DNA of 60,222 nt from an uncultured Pseudomonadota bacterium (GTDB taxonomy: Bacteria; Pseudomonadota; Gammaproteobacteria; Enterobacterales; Succinivibrionaceae). The DNA is taken from positions 1 through 60,222 of the forward strand of contig ONPL01000001.1 of assembly GCA_900319705.1 (NCBI GenBank). The letters are read 5' to 3'. This document shows, in pieces, positions 1 to 12,773 of this stretch (within the stretch, counting starts at the first letter, position 1; each line of letters starts with the position of its first letter). The position numbers were made by a program, and so were the translations under genes. Under the pieces are notes generated by a model. The model searched no databases and had not been told where the DNA came from. It was given only the letters and a program-made list of their open reading frames with translations.

Positions 1-314
1 TAGATCAGAATAAATTAAGCTTATACTTGGAACAATTGAGGGATGAACTTATAGCAGAGACTCTTTGGCTTGAAGAAGAACTGGATGAGAATAAATACAA
101 CTCTACAGCACCGTTCTGTTGCGATACGATGGCGTTCCATGAGTGGTTGCAGTTTGTATTTCTACCGAAAATGCAGTACATGATTAATAACAATCTTGAA
201 CTGCCGTCGAGCCTTGCGATCGCTCCAATGGGCGAGGTAGAGTATCGCGCTGAATTAAAAGAAAGAGAAAATCTGATTAAAATTTTAAACAAAATTGATT
301 CTCTATTCGTATGA
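1..314 (+). CDS. yqcC: YqcC-family (DUF446) protein, 5' end off the window
   Basis: Frame is open back to the window edge (the start at 27 is a TTG inside it). 'NSTAPFCCDTMAFHEWLQFVFLPKM...LPSSLAIAP' parallels the E. coli YqcC core 'NSTQPFFMDTMEPLEWLQWVLIPRM'. Confidence 0.75.
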   Translation, partial: DQNKLSLYLEQLRDELIAETLWLEEELDENKYNSTAPFCCDTMAFHEWLQFVFLPKMQYMINNNLELPSSLAIAPMGEVEYRAELKERENLIKILNKIDSLFV

Positions 315-340
315 CAGTACGCGCTAGCCTATTTTATCGG

Positions 341-1192
341 CTACTGTCGAATCAGTCTGTCAAATGGAGCATTCTCTTCGAAATTGCTTCTGAAAGGGTT
401 GATATCAATTCCTCCTCGGCGGGTATATCTAGCGTATACCGTCAATTTCTGTGGTTTACAGAACTTCATTAGATCACAGAAAACTCTTTCTACACACATC
501 TCGTGAAATTCGTTGTGATTTCGGTATGAGACTATGTATTTTAATAAATTTTCGTGTGCGATTTTGTTTCCGGTATATTTTATATAAATTGTTCCCCAAT
601 CAGGTTGTCCGGTAACAAGGCAGTTTGATTTCATAAGGTTGGAGTAGAGTTCTTCAGTAATGCTAGTACTAGATGTACTATCAATTAATAAATTCGGATT
701 GTAATCAAAATCTGAAACAGAAATATCTATACCATCAATACATGTTCCATTAGGATGGTGAATATCAAACATTTTAATATTCTGCTGTTCCAAAAGTCCA
801 AACAGTTCTACTTTTATATCAGCATGCAAAAGGGAAGACAGATCCTGTTTAATAGTTGATGCGACATCATCTACTGAATCAAAGCAGGTGAAATTTATAC
901 TGTTAAGATACAGCTTTAGTGATTTTGATTCAACAATGAAAGGGGAACTGTGCGGAACGGTAAAATAACCAACAGCAACCTGTGGCTTGTGTTTACTGTT
1001 CAAATAAGAGATTTCATAAAGATTCCACAAATCATAACCGCTAAATGGCAACGTAGAATCAGTCAATCCAAGTTTGTCCCTATTAAGGGAACGAGGAATA
1101 GCCTGCAGCAAATCAGGAGAATAAGAGCGTTTGTATTCAGTCCTCTTGCCGAGAACCAAATCTTTAATAATGTATTGATCGGACGTATTCAT
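341..1192 (-). CDS. queF: NADPH-dependent 7-cyano-7-deazaguanine (preQ0) reductase, two-domain type
   Basis: 283 aa like E. coli QueF. QueF motif 'ESKSLKLYL' and catalytic-Cys segment 'NCLVTGQPDWG' are present. yqcC is the neighbour, as in E. coli. Confidence 0.9.
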   Translation of the reverse strand: MNTSDQYIIKDLVLGKRTEYKRSYSPDLLQAIPRSLNRDKLGLTDSTLPFSGYDLWNLYEISYLNSKHKPQVAVGYFTVPHSSPFIVESKSLKLYLNSINFTCFDSVDDVASTIKQDLSSLLHADIKVELFGLLEQQNIKMFDIHHPNGTCIDGIDISVSDFDYNPNLLIDSTSSTSITEELYSNLMKSNCLVTGQPDWGTIYIKYTGNKIAHENLLKYIVSYRNHNEFHEMCVERVFCDLMKFCKPQKLTVYARYTRRGGIDINPFRSNFEENAPFDRLIRQ

Positions 1193-1340
1193 ATGTTTAT
1201 TAATTTAGGGTAAAGAATCTTGGGGACGAATGATATTAGTTTGTGAGACTATAATTGAAGCAACATTTTACCTAGAGCTCGAGAGTAAGATTATCAGTTT
1301 GTTAATAAGTTCCCTAAATTTATTTGAATGTGTTTAAAAT

Positions 1341-1356
1341 TGTGATGAAGATCACA
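1341..1356. promoter_or_regulatory. CRP-type palindrome TGTGA-N6-TCACA in the queF/lamB divergent region
   Basis: Exact 'tgtgatgaagatcaca', both half-sites perfect, about 220 bp upstream of the maltoporin start. A 'tactat' -10-like hexamer lies at 1404-1409. Confidence 0.55.
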
Positions 1357-1570
1357 TATTTGAATGAATTATCGACACAAATGGTTAAAAAAATTAATTT
1401 TTGTACTATCATGCAAGAAAATTTAGTGTGAACACTGAATTTGGTAAGAGTGAATTGAATGGTAAAAAATTGATTTTACAGCTTTTTACAATCATTCACA
1501 ATGACTTCTTAAGAAAACTTAAGAATGTTTCCAATTTCTAACATTAACCCAAAAAGAGGGATATAAAATT

Positions 1571-2893
1571 ATGAAAGCAAAATGGCTTCCAATTTCTGCA
1601 GCTGTTGCATTAGCATTAGGTTCAGTTTCTGCTTCAGCAGTTGATTTTCACGGATATGCAAGATCTGGTTTAAACTACGCATCTGATGGCGGCAATGCAT
1701 ATTGTTCAGGTACAGGTACATCAGGATATCTAGTAGGTCGTTTAGGTAATGAATGCAATACTTATGTTGAATTAGGTCTTTCACAAGAAGTATTCAATAA
1801 AGCTAACAATAAATTTACTGTTAATACTTTAACTGTATGGCGTACTTATGAAGATAATATTGATTATCAAGGAAACTCATGGCAAGCAATCGGAGGCAGT
1901 GGCGGCGGTTGGGGTGGCCAACAAGCTTCCTTAAGAGAAATTTGGTCTGGTTATGAAATGCCATCAGGAATGCAGATATGGGCTGGTAAAAGATACTATC
2001 AGAGAAAAGATATCCACATTATGGATTACTATTACCTGAACAATTCAGGTAATGGTTTCGGTGTTGAAAATATTGATACCGGTTTAGGATCTGTATCGGT
2101 TGCTATCATCAAACATCAATCAGGTATTGATGGAGCTGGTGATGGCGATAAAGATCGCAATTCCTGGAAATTAGATGCTCGTTGGAGCGGTATTCCTTTA
2201 TGGACTGATGGTTCTTTAGATATAGCTATGATCTATGCTTGGCAAAACCTTTCAGAATCACAGAAGAAAACTTATGAGCAAAAAGCTAACAACGGTTATT
2301 TGGCTATGGTTGAATGGACCCAGGGTAACTTCTTCGGTGGTTTTAACAAGTTAAGCTTCACCTATGGCCACGATGGCTTAGATAATGGAGTTATATCTAA
2401 TCACGCTGGTGATACTGTAGTTCCTTATTCTGAAAAAGGTAACGCCTTCAGATTTATTGATTGGGGTGTTATTGAACAGCCTTCTTGGAATTTAGGTTAT
2501 GCTTTAATTTGGACTCACCACAATGTATTCGATGAAAACAAAACAGAAGGTGGTAAAAACTGGTCTCGTCCAACTGGTACTGATTTTAACATTGTTTTGC
2601 GTCCGGCTTACAAGTGGTCAGATTTTACATCAACAGTTTTAGAGTTTGGATATTATAACTTTTCAAACAATGCTTTATTAGATGATGGTACAGTTAAACA
2701 CAGCGATTCTAGAAAGAGAGCAACCAAATTAACATTAGCTCAGCAGTGGACCCCAAGTACTCAGTTCTGGGCTAGACCATCAATCAGAGTATTTGCTTCA
2801 TGGCTTTCAGGTAATTCAGTTAATCATAAATTCGATAATGAAAGTGATAGCCATCAGATTACCCTCGGAGCTCAGGTTGAAGCTTGGTGGTAA
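1571..2893 (+). CDS. lamB: maltoporin (LamB-family sugar porin)
   Basis: Signal peptide, then 'VDFHGYARSG...GRLGNECNTY.E', 'IWAGKRYYQRKDIHIMDYYY', 'KLTLAQQW...WARPSIRVFASW' and C-terminal 'GAQVEAWW' track E. coli LamB along its whole length. Confidence 0.92.
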   Translation: MKAKWLPISAAVALALGSVSASAVDFHGYARSGLNYASDGGNAYCSGTGTSGYLVGRLGNECNTYVELGLSQEVFNKANNKFTVNTLTVWRTYEDNIDYQGNSWQAIGGSGGGWGGQQASLREIWSGYEMPSGMQIWAGKRYYQRKDIHIMDYYYLNNSGNGFGVENIDTGLGSVSVAIIKHQSGIDGAGDGDKDRNSWKLDARWSGIPLWTDGSLDIAMIYAWQNLSESQKKTYEQKANNGYLAMVEWTQGNFFGGFNKLSFTYGHDGLDNGVISNHAGDTVVPYSEKGNAFRFIDWGVIEQPSWNLGYALIWTHHNVFDENKTEGGKNWSRPTGTDFNIVLRPAYKWSDFTSTVLEFGYYNFSNNALLDDGTVKHSDSRKRATKLTLAQQWTPSTQFWARPSIRVFASWLSGNSVNHKFDNESDSHQITLGAQVEAWW

Positions 2894-2930
2894 TATAAGT
2901 ATCTAATCATTACTTCATAACATTTCGTAT

Positions 2931-2957
2931 AGGTGCACTTCGGTGCACCTTTTTTAT
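2931..2957 (+). terminator. intrinsic terminator after lamB
   Basis: 'aggtgcac ttcg gtgcacct' 8-bp stem followed by a T-run. Confidence 0.8.
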
Positions 2958-3174
2958 TGTCAACACATACGTATAAAAACTGACAATTTAAAGATCCTAA
3001 TCTCCTGCAATCAGCAATTGTTTTTTGACTTTACCAGCTATTTTCCATACAATTATTGTAAGGTTGTTTTCATTCAATATAATTAAATTTGATTCAACAT
3101 TCCCTCACTTGATGACACTGTTGAAATCAAATTTAAACCGAATCAGGTACAGAAATATAACAAAGTAAAATAAA

Positions 3175-4015
3175 ATGACTACCTCAAATCCTAAAGTAAG
3201 TATAGCTGTCTTAATCTATAACAGCGGCCTTTATCTTGATCGTTGTCTCGGAAGCATAGCAAAACAGACATATCAGAACATTGAAGTCTGTTGCATCAGG
3301 TGAGTACCTGATATATGTCGACGGGGACGACTGGGTTGAACCAGACTATATTGAAAAATTGGTTTCCAAAGCTGATGATGATGCCGATGTAGTAGTATGC
3401 AACTTCAGAACTTACAGTGACAGAGGAGTGAAAGAATATCCGTTACATTTATATGACAACACCATCGATATGCTCAACCACAACGTGCGGTATATGAGTG
3501 TGCTTTGGAACAAGCTGTTTAAATTATCATTTATAAGAAAATACAATTTCAATTTTGATCCGTCTCTGATTATCGGTGAAGATGTATATTTCGTATATCA
3601 GGTTCTACTTAATAATCCTAAAATTATTTTCATCACCGATATGTTATACAACTACCGGAACAATTATAAATCAATAACCAGAAAGAAGAATAAAACACAG
3701 ATCCAAGACGATATAAAAGTAATAAACTTCTTTGAAGGAATGATCAAGGAAAGAAAGCTGGAAAAAGACTATGACGAGTTTTTAAAATATAGAAAATTCG
3801 AATTGAAGACCAACTATCTTTTTGCACTGCCGGAACCAGATTTTCCGGAATTTGAAGCATGCTACCCGGAAATAAAAGACATACCTAAGTACAGCAGGCT
3901 TTCCGGAATTAAAAGAATTATTTTCAAATCAGCAATTAAACAAAATTATAAAACAGCAAGATTTTGGTTTAAATTCAGACGGATGCTTAAAAAAATCGGT
4001 CTCGGTCTGAACTAA
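3175..4015 (+). pseudogene. family-2 glycosyltransferase disrupted by an internal deletion/frameshift
   Basis: 3175-3303 encodes the GT2 N-terminus 'KVSIAVLIYNSGLYLDRCLGSIAKQTYQNIEV' and then hits TGA. Frame +1 resumes at ~3290 with 'ASGEYLIYVDGDDWVEPDYI'. The ~50-60 aa normally between these motifs (DDGS...ARN) are missing. Confidence 0.75.
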
Positions 4016-4039
4016 CAGCTGTTGAGAAGTATTACCGAA

Positions 4040-4086
4040 ATAAAACACCCCCGAGATCAACATCCAGATCCGGGGGTGTTTTATTT
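4040..4086. terminator. bidirectional intrinsic terminator (GT2 pseudogene / metF)
   Basis: 'aaaacacccccg ...loop... cgggggtgtttt' with A-run and T-run flanks, between convergent genes. Confidence 0.8.
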
Positions 4087-4107
4087 CATTCGATACTATG
4101 CAAACGA

Positions 4108-4968
4108 TTAAACTCGTCCAATCACATGCTTGATAGCTTCATATATGCGATTAGCCACATTCGGATTATTCATGGTATACAGATGAATTCCGTCTACACC
4201 GTTCGCAATCAGATCGATTATCTGATCGACCGCATATGCTATACCGATTTCAAGCATAGCCTCTTTATTATCACTGAATCTACTCATCACATCGGTAAAT
4301 TTCTTTGGAAGTTTTACATTGCAAAGGGAAACCATTCTCTCGATCTGTTTGCAATTGATTACAGGCATAATACCAGCCTCTACCGGAACATTGATATTCT
4401 TTGCCCGAACCTTCTCTATAAAATCATAAAAATAGGTATTGGAAAAGAACAGCTGAGAAACGAGCCCGTCAACGCCGGAATCAACCTTGATTTTCAGATT
4501 ATCAAGATCTTCTTCAGCAGTTTTTGCCTCATAATGTTTCTCAGGATAACAGGCAGCATAAATCTGAAGGTCATAATTCTGAGCTCTGATGAATGAGATC
4601 AGATCACTAGCATGTTCAAAATCACCCTGCTTAAATTCACCGGACACAGGTTTATCACCACGAAGAGCAAGAATACGGTTAACACCGATTTCTCTGAATC
4701 GGTTGAGTTGCTCAAGCACATCCTGTCTGGTTAAACCGATACAAGGAAGATGTGCAACTGCATTCATCTGGTAGTTGTTCTGAACAGCATTGGCGATTTC
4801 GACGGTTGCCTGGCAGTTTTCACTTCCTCCGGCTCCGTAGGTAACACTGATAAAATCAGGATTTAATTTTTTGAGTTCAGCCAATGTCATATAGATAGAA
4901 GATATGTTTGCCGTCCTTTTAGGAGGAAACACCTCGAATGACCAACCTACTTTTTTCTCTTCACTCAT
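4108..4968 (-). CDS. metF: 5,10-methylenetetrahydrofolate reductase
   Basis: 'WSFEVFPPK', 'SVTYGAGGS', 'AHLPCIG', 'ILALRGDKP' motifs. Start moved to the ATG at 4968 (MSEEKK...), which has 'AAGGTG' 7 nt upstream. The ORF-track N-terminal extension has no support. Confidence 0.88.
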   Translation of the reverse strand: MSEEKKVGWSFEVFPPKRTANISSIYMTLAELKKLNPDFISVTYGAGGSENCQATVEIANAVQNNYQMNAVAHLPCIGLTRQDVLEQLNRFREIGVNRILALRGDKPVSGEFKQGDFEHASDLISFIRAQNYDLQIYAACYPEKHYEAKTAEEDLDNLKIKVDSGVDGLVSQLFFSNTYFYDFIEKVRAKNINVPVEAGIMPVINCKQIERMVSLCNVKLPKKFTDVMSRFSDNKEAMLEIGIAYAVDQIIDLIANGVDGIHLYTMNNPNVANRIYEAIKHVIGRV

Positions 4969-5223
4969 ACTGGCACCTTGCACAATCACATAAATTCTTT
5001 CAAATAAGTGCCATTTTATCATTATTATGTTACCAGCGATAATAATTATTATTCATTCTTGTACATAGCCGCAAACTATGGCAAAAATCAGCTTTTGCTA
5101 TCAATTGCTTCTAAAAAGCTCCCAAATCGTAACCACATCATCATATTGTGCATATTTGCTTATTTTTTATCTAAAATGAGTATATTTTGCACTATTTATA
5201 ATCAACACAAGACAATTATTTGA

Positions 5224-5252
5224 TTGACTTCACAAAGGAATCTGTATAGTAT
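5224..5252 (+). promoter_or_regulatory. sigma70-like promoter for the porin gene
   Basis: 'ttgact' -35, 17-nt spacer, 'tagtat' -10, about 90 nt upstream of the ATG at 5339. Confidence 0.5.
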
Positions 5253-5338
5253 GTGAATGTCGGCAGAAATAATATACAACACGCTGACACTTATAAAACA
5301 AATTAAAATAAAACATAAAGTTTATAAGGGAAATTACT

Positions 5339-6400
5339 ATGAAACAGAAATTACTCTCTACTATTGTTATTTCAGCAGTAGCACTGACAACCTCACTGAG
5401 TGCAAACGCTGCAAATGTTTACAAAGATGATAATTCCAAACTCGATGTGATTGGACGTGTAAAAGTCAATATCAACAACAACGATGCAGATTCAGTTCAT
5501 CGTGAAAGCGGAACCGCACGTCTCGGTCTTGACGGCAAAACAAAAGTTAACGATGCTTTCGGCGTATTCGGCTACATCATCTATGATTTGGCAGCTCAGG
5601 AAACTGAAAATGTTGCAGACCGTCTGAAAATCAGGGAAGCATGGGTTGGATTTGATTTCAACGAGTTCGGTAAGGTTTCTTTCGGCCGTTATACTGATGC
5701 TTTCTATCTGGTTACCAAAGTTACTGATTTATTCGTTGACTGGGGTAAGTACAATGGTGTTACCTACTGGGGCTTAACAAAGAATGATTTCGGCGGCCGT
5801 AAAGACGGGCAGGTAAAATACCAGGTTAAATACAACGGTTTACAATTCGCTGCATCCTATCAGTTCAAACAGTCAAACAAATACATTAACTACGGAACCG
5901 GGTTCTCTGCAGGATATACAGGCGAAATAGGCGACAAATCAATCGGTATTTTAGCAGGTTACAACCATTATGACGGATTAACCAACCAGCCTGATTCTGG
6001 TTACCATGGCAACGGCCTTTTCTATGGTGCAGACAAGAACGAAGCTGCAGTTTCTATTTTCTACGGTGATTTCGGTGCTCCTGGTCTTTATGCTGCAGCT
6101 GTTTACAACTACGGTAAACTCGCTCGCACCTACAAGTCCAACGGTGTTGAAGCTGCACTGTCATACACCACCCCAGGTACAGACTGGACCTTCACTGCAA
6201 ACTATCAGTATGCTCACAATGGTGACGAAAAGTTAAGCCGCAGCGATCTGTCCGTTCTCAAATCAGCATGGACCGGTGAAATTCTTTACCGTGTAACTCC
6301 TAAATTCAATATCTACACCGATTTTGAACACCGTTACAAATCAGTACTGAAGAAAGAGAAAGAAGATTTGGCAACTATCGGTCTGATCTACAACTTCTAA
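5339..6400 (+). CDS. general diffusion porin (OmpC/OmpF-type 16-strand family)
   Basis: Signal peptide ending 'SANA', 'AANVYKDDNSKLDVIGRVK' start, alternating beta-strand pattern, aromatic girdles, terminal '...GLIYNF'. Confidence 0.85.
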   Translation: MKQKLLSTIVISAVALTTSLSANAANVYKDDNSKLDVIGRVKVNINNNDADSVHRESGTARLGLDGKTKVNDAFGVFGYIIYDLAAQETENVADRLKIREAWVGFDFNEFGKVSFGRYTDAFYLVTKVTDLFVDWGKYNGVTYWGLTKNDFGGRKDGQVKYQVKYNGLQFAASYQFKQSNKYINYGTGFSAGYTGEIGDKSIGILAGYNHYDGLTNQPDSGYHGNGLFYGADKNEAAVSIFYGDFGAPGLYAAAVYNYGKLARTYKSNGVEAALSYTTPGTDWTFTANYQYAHNGDEKLSRSDLSVLKSAWTGEILYRVTPKFNIYTDFEHRYKSVLKKEKEDLATIGLIYNF

Positions 6401-6430
6401 TTTTTAACCGGTACTTTTATTGGTTTTTAG

Positions 6431-6462
6431 AGGCCTGCAGTCATCTGGATTGCAGGCCTTTA
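6431..6462 (+). terminator. intrinsic terminator after the porin gene
   Basis: 'aggcctgca' / 'tgcaggcct' 9-bp stem, but only a short T tail. Confidence 0.6.
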
Positions 6463-6599
6463 TGCATCACCGAATATTGAAATCACTCACTGAACTGTTT
6501 ATTTTCCAGCTTGTTATCTTTTGTACCTTATTCCTCAAAACAGTTGTAAAATAGAGCAAAAATAGGCTAAAATAAGCTAAAAATTAAGGAATCTAATTA

Positions 6600-6680
6600 A
6601 TGAAAAAAGAACTGCTCCTTACCCTTTTACCCTTACGCAACGATAAATCTGGTGCGGGTACGGCTGCTTTCTTTTTCTAA
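6600..6680 (+). CDS. leuL: leu operon leader peptide (26 aa, MKKELLLTLLPLRNDKSGAGTAAFFF)
   Basis: 'aagga' SD 10 nt upstream. Six Leu codons lie within eight positions (CTG CTC CTT acc CTT TTA ccc TTA). It sits just upstream of a terminator and leuA. Confidence 0.75.
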   Translation: MKKELLLTLLPLRNDKSGAGTAAFFF

Positions 6681-6698
6681 GTAATGATTTTTGCAATG

Positions 6699-6724
6699 AC
6701 CCGCGCGTGACGCGGGTTTTTTAT
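6699..6724 (+). terminator. leu attenuator terminator
   Basis: 'cccgcg cgtga cgcggg' followed by 'ttttttatt', 55 nt before the leuA ATG. Confidence 0.8.
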
Positions 6725-6778
6725 TATGGTAACTAATCCGCTCACAGCAGGTAGGTTACCGTAAAACAGGAGAAAAAA

Positions 6779-9458
<2,680 letters not shown>

Positions 9459-9460
9459 TT

Positions 9461-10864
9461 ATGGGAAAGACTCTTTATCAAAAACTCTATGATTCTCATA
9501 TAGTACTCGAAGCTCAGGGGGAGCTGCCTATTATATACATCGATCGTCATCTTATGCATGAGGTAACAAGCCCTCAGGCGTTTGACGGTCTGACCCAGAA
9601 CAACCGCAAGGTAAGACACCCGGAACGTACCTGGGCGACAATGGATCATAACGTATCAACACAATCAAGTGATATCAATGCCTGCAATGAAATGGGAAAA
9701 ATTCAGATGCAGACATTGAAGGAAAACTGCGAAAAGTTCGGAGTTCCTTTATTCGGTCTCGGGCACAAATGGCAGGGTATAATTCACACTATCGGACCTG
9801 AAATCGGAGCAACCATCCCGGGCGTTACTCTCGTATGTGGTGACTCACATACTGCAACCCACGGTGCCTTCGGCGCACTTGCATTCGGGATCGGAACATC
9901 TGAGGTTGAACATGTACTTGCAACCCAGACAATCAAACAGGCCAGACTGAAAAATCTGAAGATTGAAGTTACCGGTAAACTGCAGAAAGGTGTTTATGCC
10001 AAGGATGTAATTCTTGCAATAGCAGCCAGACTCGGTACTGCCGGCGGCACTGGCTATGCTGCTGAATTCTGCGGTCAGGTGTTCAAAGACATGTCAATGG
10101 AAGGCAGAATGACAGTTTGCAATATGGCAATCGAAGTCGGTGCCAAGGTAGGCATTGTAGCTCCGGATCAGACAACCTTTGATTACGTGAAAGGAAGACC
10201 TTACGCACCTGCTGGAAAAGACTGGGATGAAGCTATGGAATACTGGAAGACTCTGTATTCCGATGATGACGCTGTATGGGATAAAGTTGTTACCATCGAC
10301 GGTTCAAGCATAGAACCGCAGGTTACCTGGGGAACCAATCCTGGTCAGGGCGGTTCAGTTTTACAGCCTATCCCAGCTCCTGAGGATTTCACTGATCCGG
10401 TTGAAAAACTCTCCTGTGAAAAAGCTCTTAAATATCAGAATCTTACTGCACACTCCAGTCTGACTGATGTTAAAGTTGACCAGGTATTTATCGGTTCATG
10501 CACCAACGGACGCATTGAAGATCTTCGTGCAGCAGCTGAAGTACTGAAAGGAAAACATATCGCAGCAAATGTCGAACGAGCCATGGCAGTTCCCGGTTCA
10601 CAACAGGTTAAAGAGCAGGCTGAAAAGGAAGGTTTGGACAAGATTTTCATCGAAGCCGGGTTCGAATGGAGATTACCTGGCTGTTCAATGTGCCTTGCCA
10701 TGAATGATGACAAGCTTCCTCCAGGAAAAAGATGCGCCTCAACTTCAAACCGTAACTTTGAAGGAAGACAGGGAAGGGATTCCCGCACCCACCTGGTAAG
10801 TCCGGCGATGGCGGCAGCCGCTGCTGTCTGCGGTCACTTTGTTGATGTCAGAACTCTGTTATAA
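9461..10864 (+). CDS. leuC: 3-isopropylmalate dehydratase large subunit
   Basis: '[15 protein letters not shown]' parallels E. coli 'MAKTLYEKLFDAHVV'. Aconitase-family Cys ligands 'GSCTNGR' and 'PGCSMCL' are present. Confidence 0.95.
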   Translation: MGKTLYQKLYDSHIVLEAQGELPIIYIDRHLMHEVTSPQAFDGLTQNNRKVRHPERTWATMDHNVSTQSSDINACNEMGKIQMQTLKENCEKFGVPLFGLGHKWQGIIHTIGPEIGATIPGVTLVCGDSHTATHGAFGALAFGIGTSEVEHVLATQTIKQARLKNLKIEVTGKLQKGVYAKDVILAIAARLGTAGGTGYAAEFCGQVFKDMSMEGRMTVCNMAIEVGAKVGIVAPDQTTFDYVKGRPYAPAGKDWDEAMEYWKTLYSDDDAVWDKVVTIDGSSIEPQVTWGTNPGQGGSVLQPIPAPEDFTDPVEKLSCEKALKYQNLTAHSSLTDVKVDQVFIGSCTNGRIEDLRAAAEVLKGKHIAANVERAMAVPGSQQVKEQAEKEGLDKIFIEAGFEWRLPGCSMCLAMNDDKLPPGKRCASTSNRNFEGRQGRDSRTHLVSPAMAAAAAVCGHFVDVRTLL

Positions 10865-10874
10865 GGAATTAGTC

Positions 10875-11474
10875 ATGAAGGAATTTAAACAACATACAGG
10901 AATTGCTGTTCCGTTGAATGCGGCTAATGTTGATACCGATCAGATAATTCCAAAACAGTTTTTGAAAGCTGTTTCCAAAATCGGTTTCGGAAAACACGCG
11001 TTCAACGACTGGAGATATCTGGATGAGGAAGGAACAAAGGAAAACCCTGACTTTGTTTTAAACTTTCCTCGTTACAAAGGAGCATCCATTCTGCTGGCCC
11101 GCGAAAATTTCGGTAACGGTTCAAGCCGTGAACATGCACCATGGGCACTGGCCGACTACGGTTTCAGAGCAATTATAGCCCCTAGCTTTGCAGATATTTT
11201 CTATAACAACTCTCTGAACAACGGTTTACTGCTGGTTAAACTCACTGATGACCAGGTTGATCAAATCTTCAAAATCGTAGAAGCCAATGAAGGTCAGACC
11301 GTAACCGTAGATTTAGAAAATCTTGAAGTCAGAGTCAACGATCTCTGCTTCAAATTTGAACTTGATGAATTCAGACGCTACTGCATCATGAACGGGCTCG
11401 ACAACATCGGTCTTACCCTGCAGCATGAAGATGCAATCAAGGCTTATGAAGATAAGAAGTACAAATGGCTTTAA
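10875..11474 (+). CDS. leuD: 3-isopropylmalate dehydratase small subunit
   Basis: '[27 protein letters not shown]' parallels E. coli LeuD. Start set at the ATG after 'AAGGA'. Confidence 0.93.
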   Translation: MKEFKQHTGIAVPLNAANVDTDQIIPKQFLKAVSKIGFGKHAFNDWRYLDEEGTKENPDFVLNFPRYKGASILLARENFGNGSSREHAPWALADYGFRAIIAPSFADIFYNNSLNNGLLLVKLTDDQVDQIFKIVEANEGQTVTVDLENLEVRVNDLCFKFELDEFRRYCIMNGLDNIGLTLQHEDAIKAYEDKKYKWL

Positions 11475-11504
11475 GATCGCAGTCTGACATATAGGCATAC
11501 CAAC

Positions 11505-11536
11505 GGGATTTATTATCGGATAAATCCCGTTTTTTC
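11505..11536 (+). terminator. intrinsic terminator after leuD
   Basis: 'gggatttat tatcgg ataaatccc' followed by 'gtttttt'. Confidence 0.8.
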
Positions 11537-11723
11537 ATTTACCAAAACTCGTCTGCGCATCTTTTCAGACACAAATGTTATACTAGCCGATGTTAAAAAA
11601 AACACACTTCGGCAATCAAAAGGCTGAATAAATTTATTTTTTTCCCTAAAAGTCATATAATACTAGCATTTGTTGAATAATGTATCGATTTGCATAATCT
11701 CACGTTTCCACCGGAATTTACAA

Positions 11724-12722
11724 ATGTTTTCTTTCTTGAGTCCAACCATACAAAACCTTCTTAATCAGTTTGAAAAAGCATTAAATGATTTAGATCGTTC
11801 TGATACGGTAGCTGTTAATGAAATATTCGAATATCAATTCCAGAAACCGGGAAAAAGATTGAGACCGTTGCTCCTGTTAACTCTGGCAAAGATCATTGGA
11901 TATGAGCCGAGGCATATGCAATACGCCTGTGCTATCGAATTAATCCACAATGCCACACTTGCCCATGATGATGTGGTTGATGAATCATCCCTGCGCCGTG
12001 GAAGTCCAACAATCAATGCAACCTACGGGAATTCAACCAGCGTACTCTTCGGTGATTATCTGTTCACTAAAGCAATCAAAATTCTGCTTAAGGACTCTTC
12101 AGACCGTCTGACCTTGTCTCTTGTAGACAATTTTGTAGATACAATCAATGTGATGTCGGAAGGCGAGATCAAACAGCTGATGGAAAGTCACAGCACCGAC
12201 CTTTCAGAAGAGGTTTACTACCAGATCATATATGCCAAAACCACAAAGCTCATCGAACTTGCATGTATTCTGGCTCCGATGGTGAAATATTCCCAAAATC
12301 ATCCGGTTACAGTTGCCTGCAAATCCTATGGCTATCATTTGGGCAATGCATTTCAGATTATTGATGATGTAATAGACTATACCTCCAGCAGCAAGACAAT
12401 GGGGAAACAGGCTGGTGACGATTTCTCAGAAGGGAAAATCACCCTGCCTCTAATCAGATTCTTCTCTGTTGCATCTAAGGATAAATCAGATTTTGTAAAA
12501 AAGTTGCTCGATGACAATCAGAACAGCAGCAATACCGCTAGAAAAGAAAATTTTGAAAAGGTAAAGGAAGTTCTGAACGAATACAACTGTTTTGAATTCT
12601 GCAGAGAGCAGGCAAAGAAAGAAATTGAAGCAGCGAAAGCCAGTCTTTCAATTTTTGAAGACTGTGAATTCAAACAGGATCTGCTCAACATAGCGGATTA
12701 CATTCTAAAAAGAGTATCCTGA
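11724..12722 (+). CDS. ispB: all-trans polyprenyl (octaprenyl-type) diphosphate synthase
   Basis: First DDxxD region 'LAHDDVVDESSLRRG' and second 'FQIIDDVIDY' align with E. coli IspB, as do 'GKRLRP' and 'GDDFSEGKITLPL'. Start taken at the MFSFLSP... ATG. Confidence 0.85.
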   Translation: MFSFLSPTIQNLLNQFEKALNDLDRSDTVAVNEIFEYQFQKPGKRLRPLLLLTLAKIIGYEPRHMQYACAIELIHNATLAHDDVVDESSLRRGSPTINATYGNSTSVLFGDYLFTKAIKILLKDSSDRLTLSLVDNFVDTINVMSEGEIKQLMESHSTDLSEEVYYQIIYAKTTKLIELACILAPMVKYSQNHPVTVACKSYGYHLGNAFQIIDDVIDYTSSSKTMGKQAGDDFSEGKITLPLIRFFSVASKDKSDFVKKLLDDNQNSSNTARKENFEKVKEVLNEYNCFEFCREQAKKEIEAAKASLSIFEDCEFKQDLLNIADYILKRVS

Positions 12723-12773
12723 TCCCGTTTACCACCGAAGTTTTTTGAACAGTCAGAAAAATCATCGCAAAAC

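Noticed and set aside
4126-4596. 156-aa ORF antisense to metF. Similar long antisense ORFs lie at 10435-10788 (in leuC), 13122-13478 (ycdX), 17243-17650 (tyrS), 23621-24136 (mrcB), 29651-30073 (folK/panB), 38984-39436 (ybeY), 42251-42949 (L,D-transpeptidase), 44510-44923 (leuS) and 48475-48856 (rlmH).
   Set aside because: Each lies entirely opposite a gene with unmistakable conserved motifs. None has an SD or a recognisable domain, and their compositions are typical of shadow ORFs.
5008-5223. 71-aa ORF in the AT-rich metF/porin divergent promoter region.
   Set aside because: Its composition is driven by AT-rich promoter DNA, it has no SD, and it overlaps the region needed for both divergent promoters.
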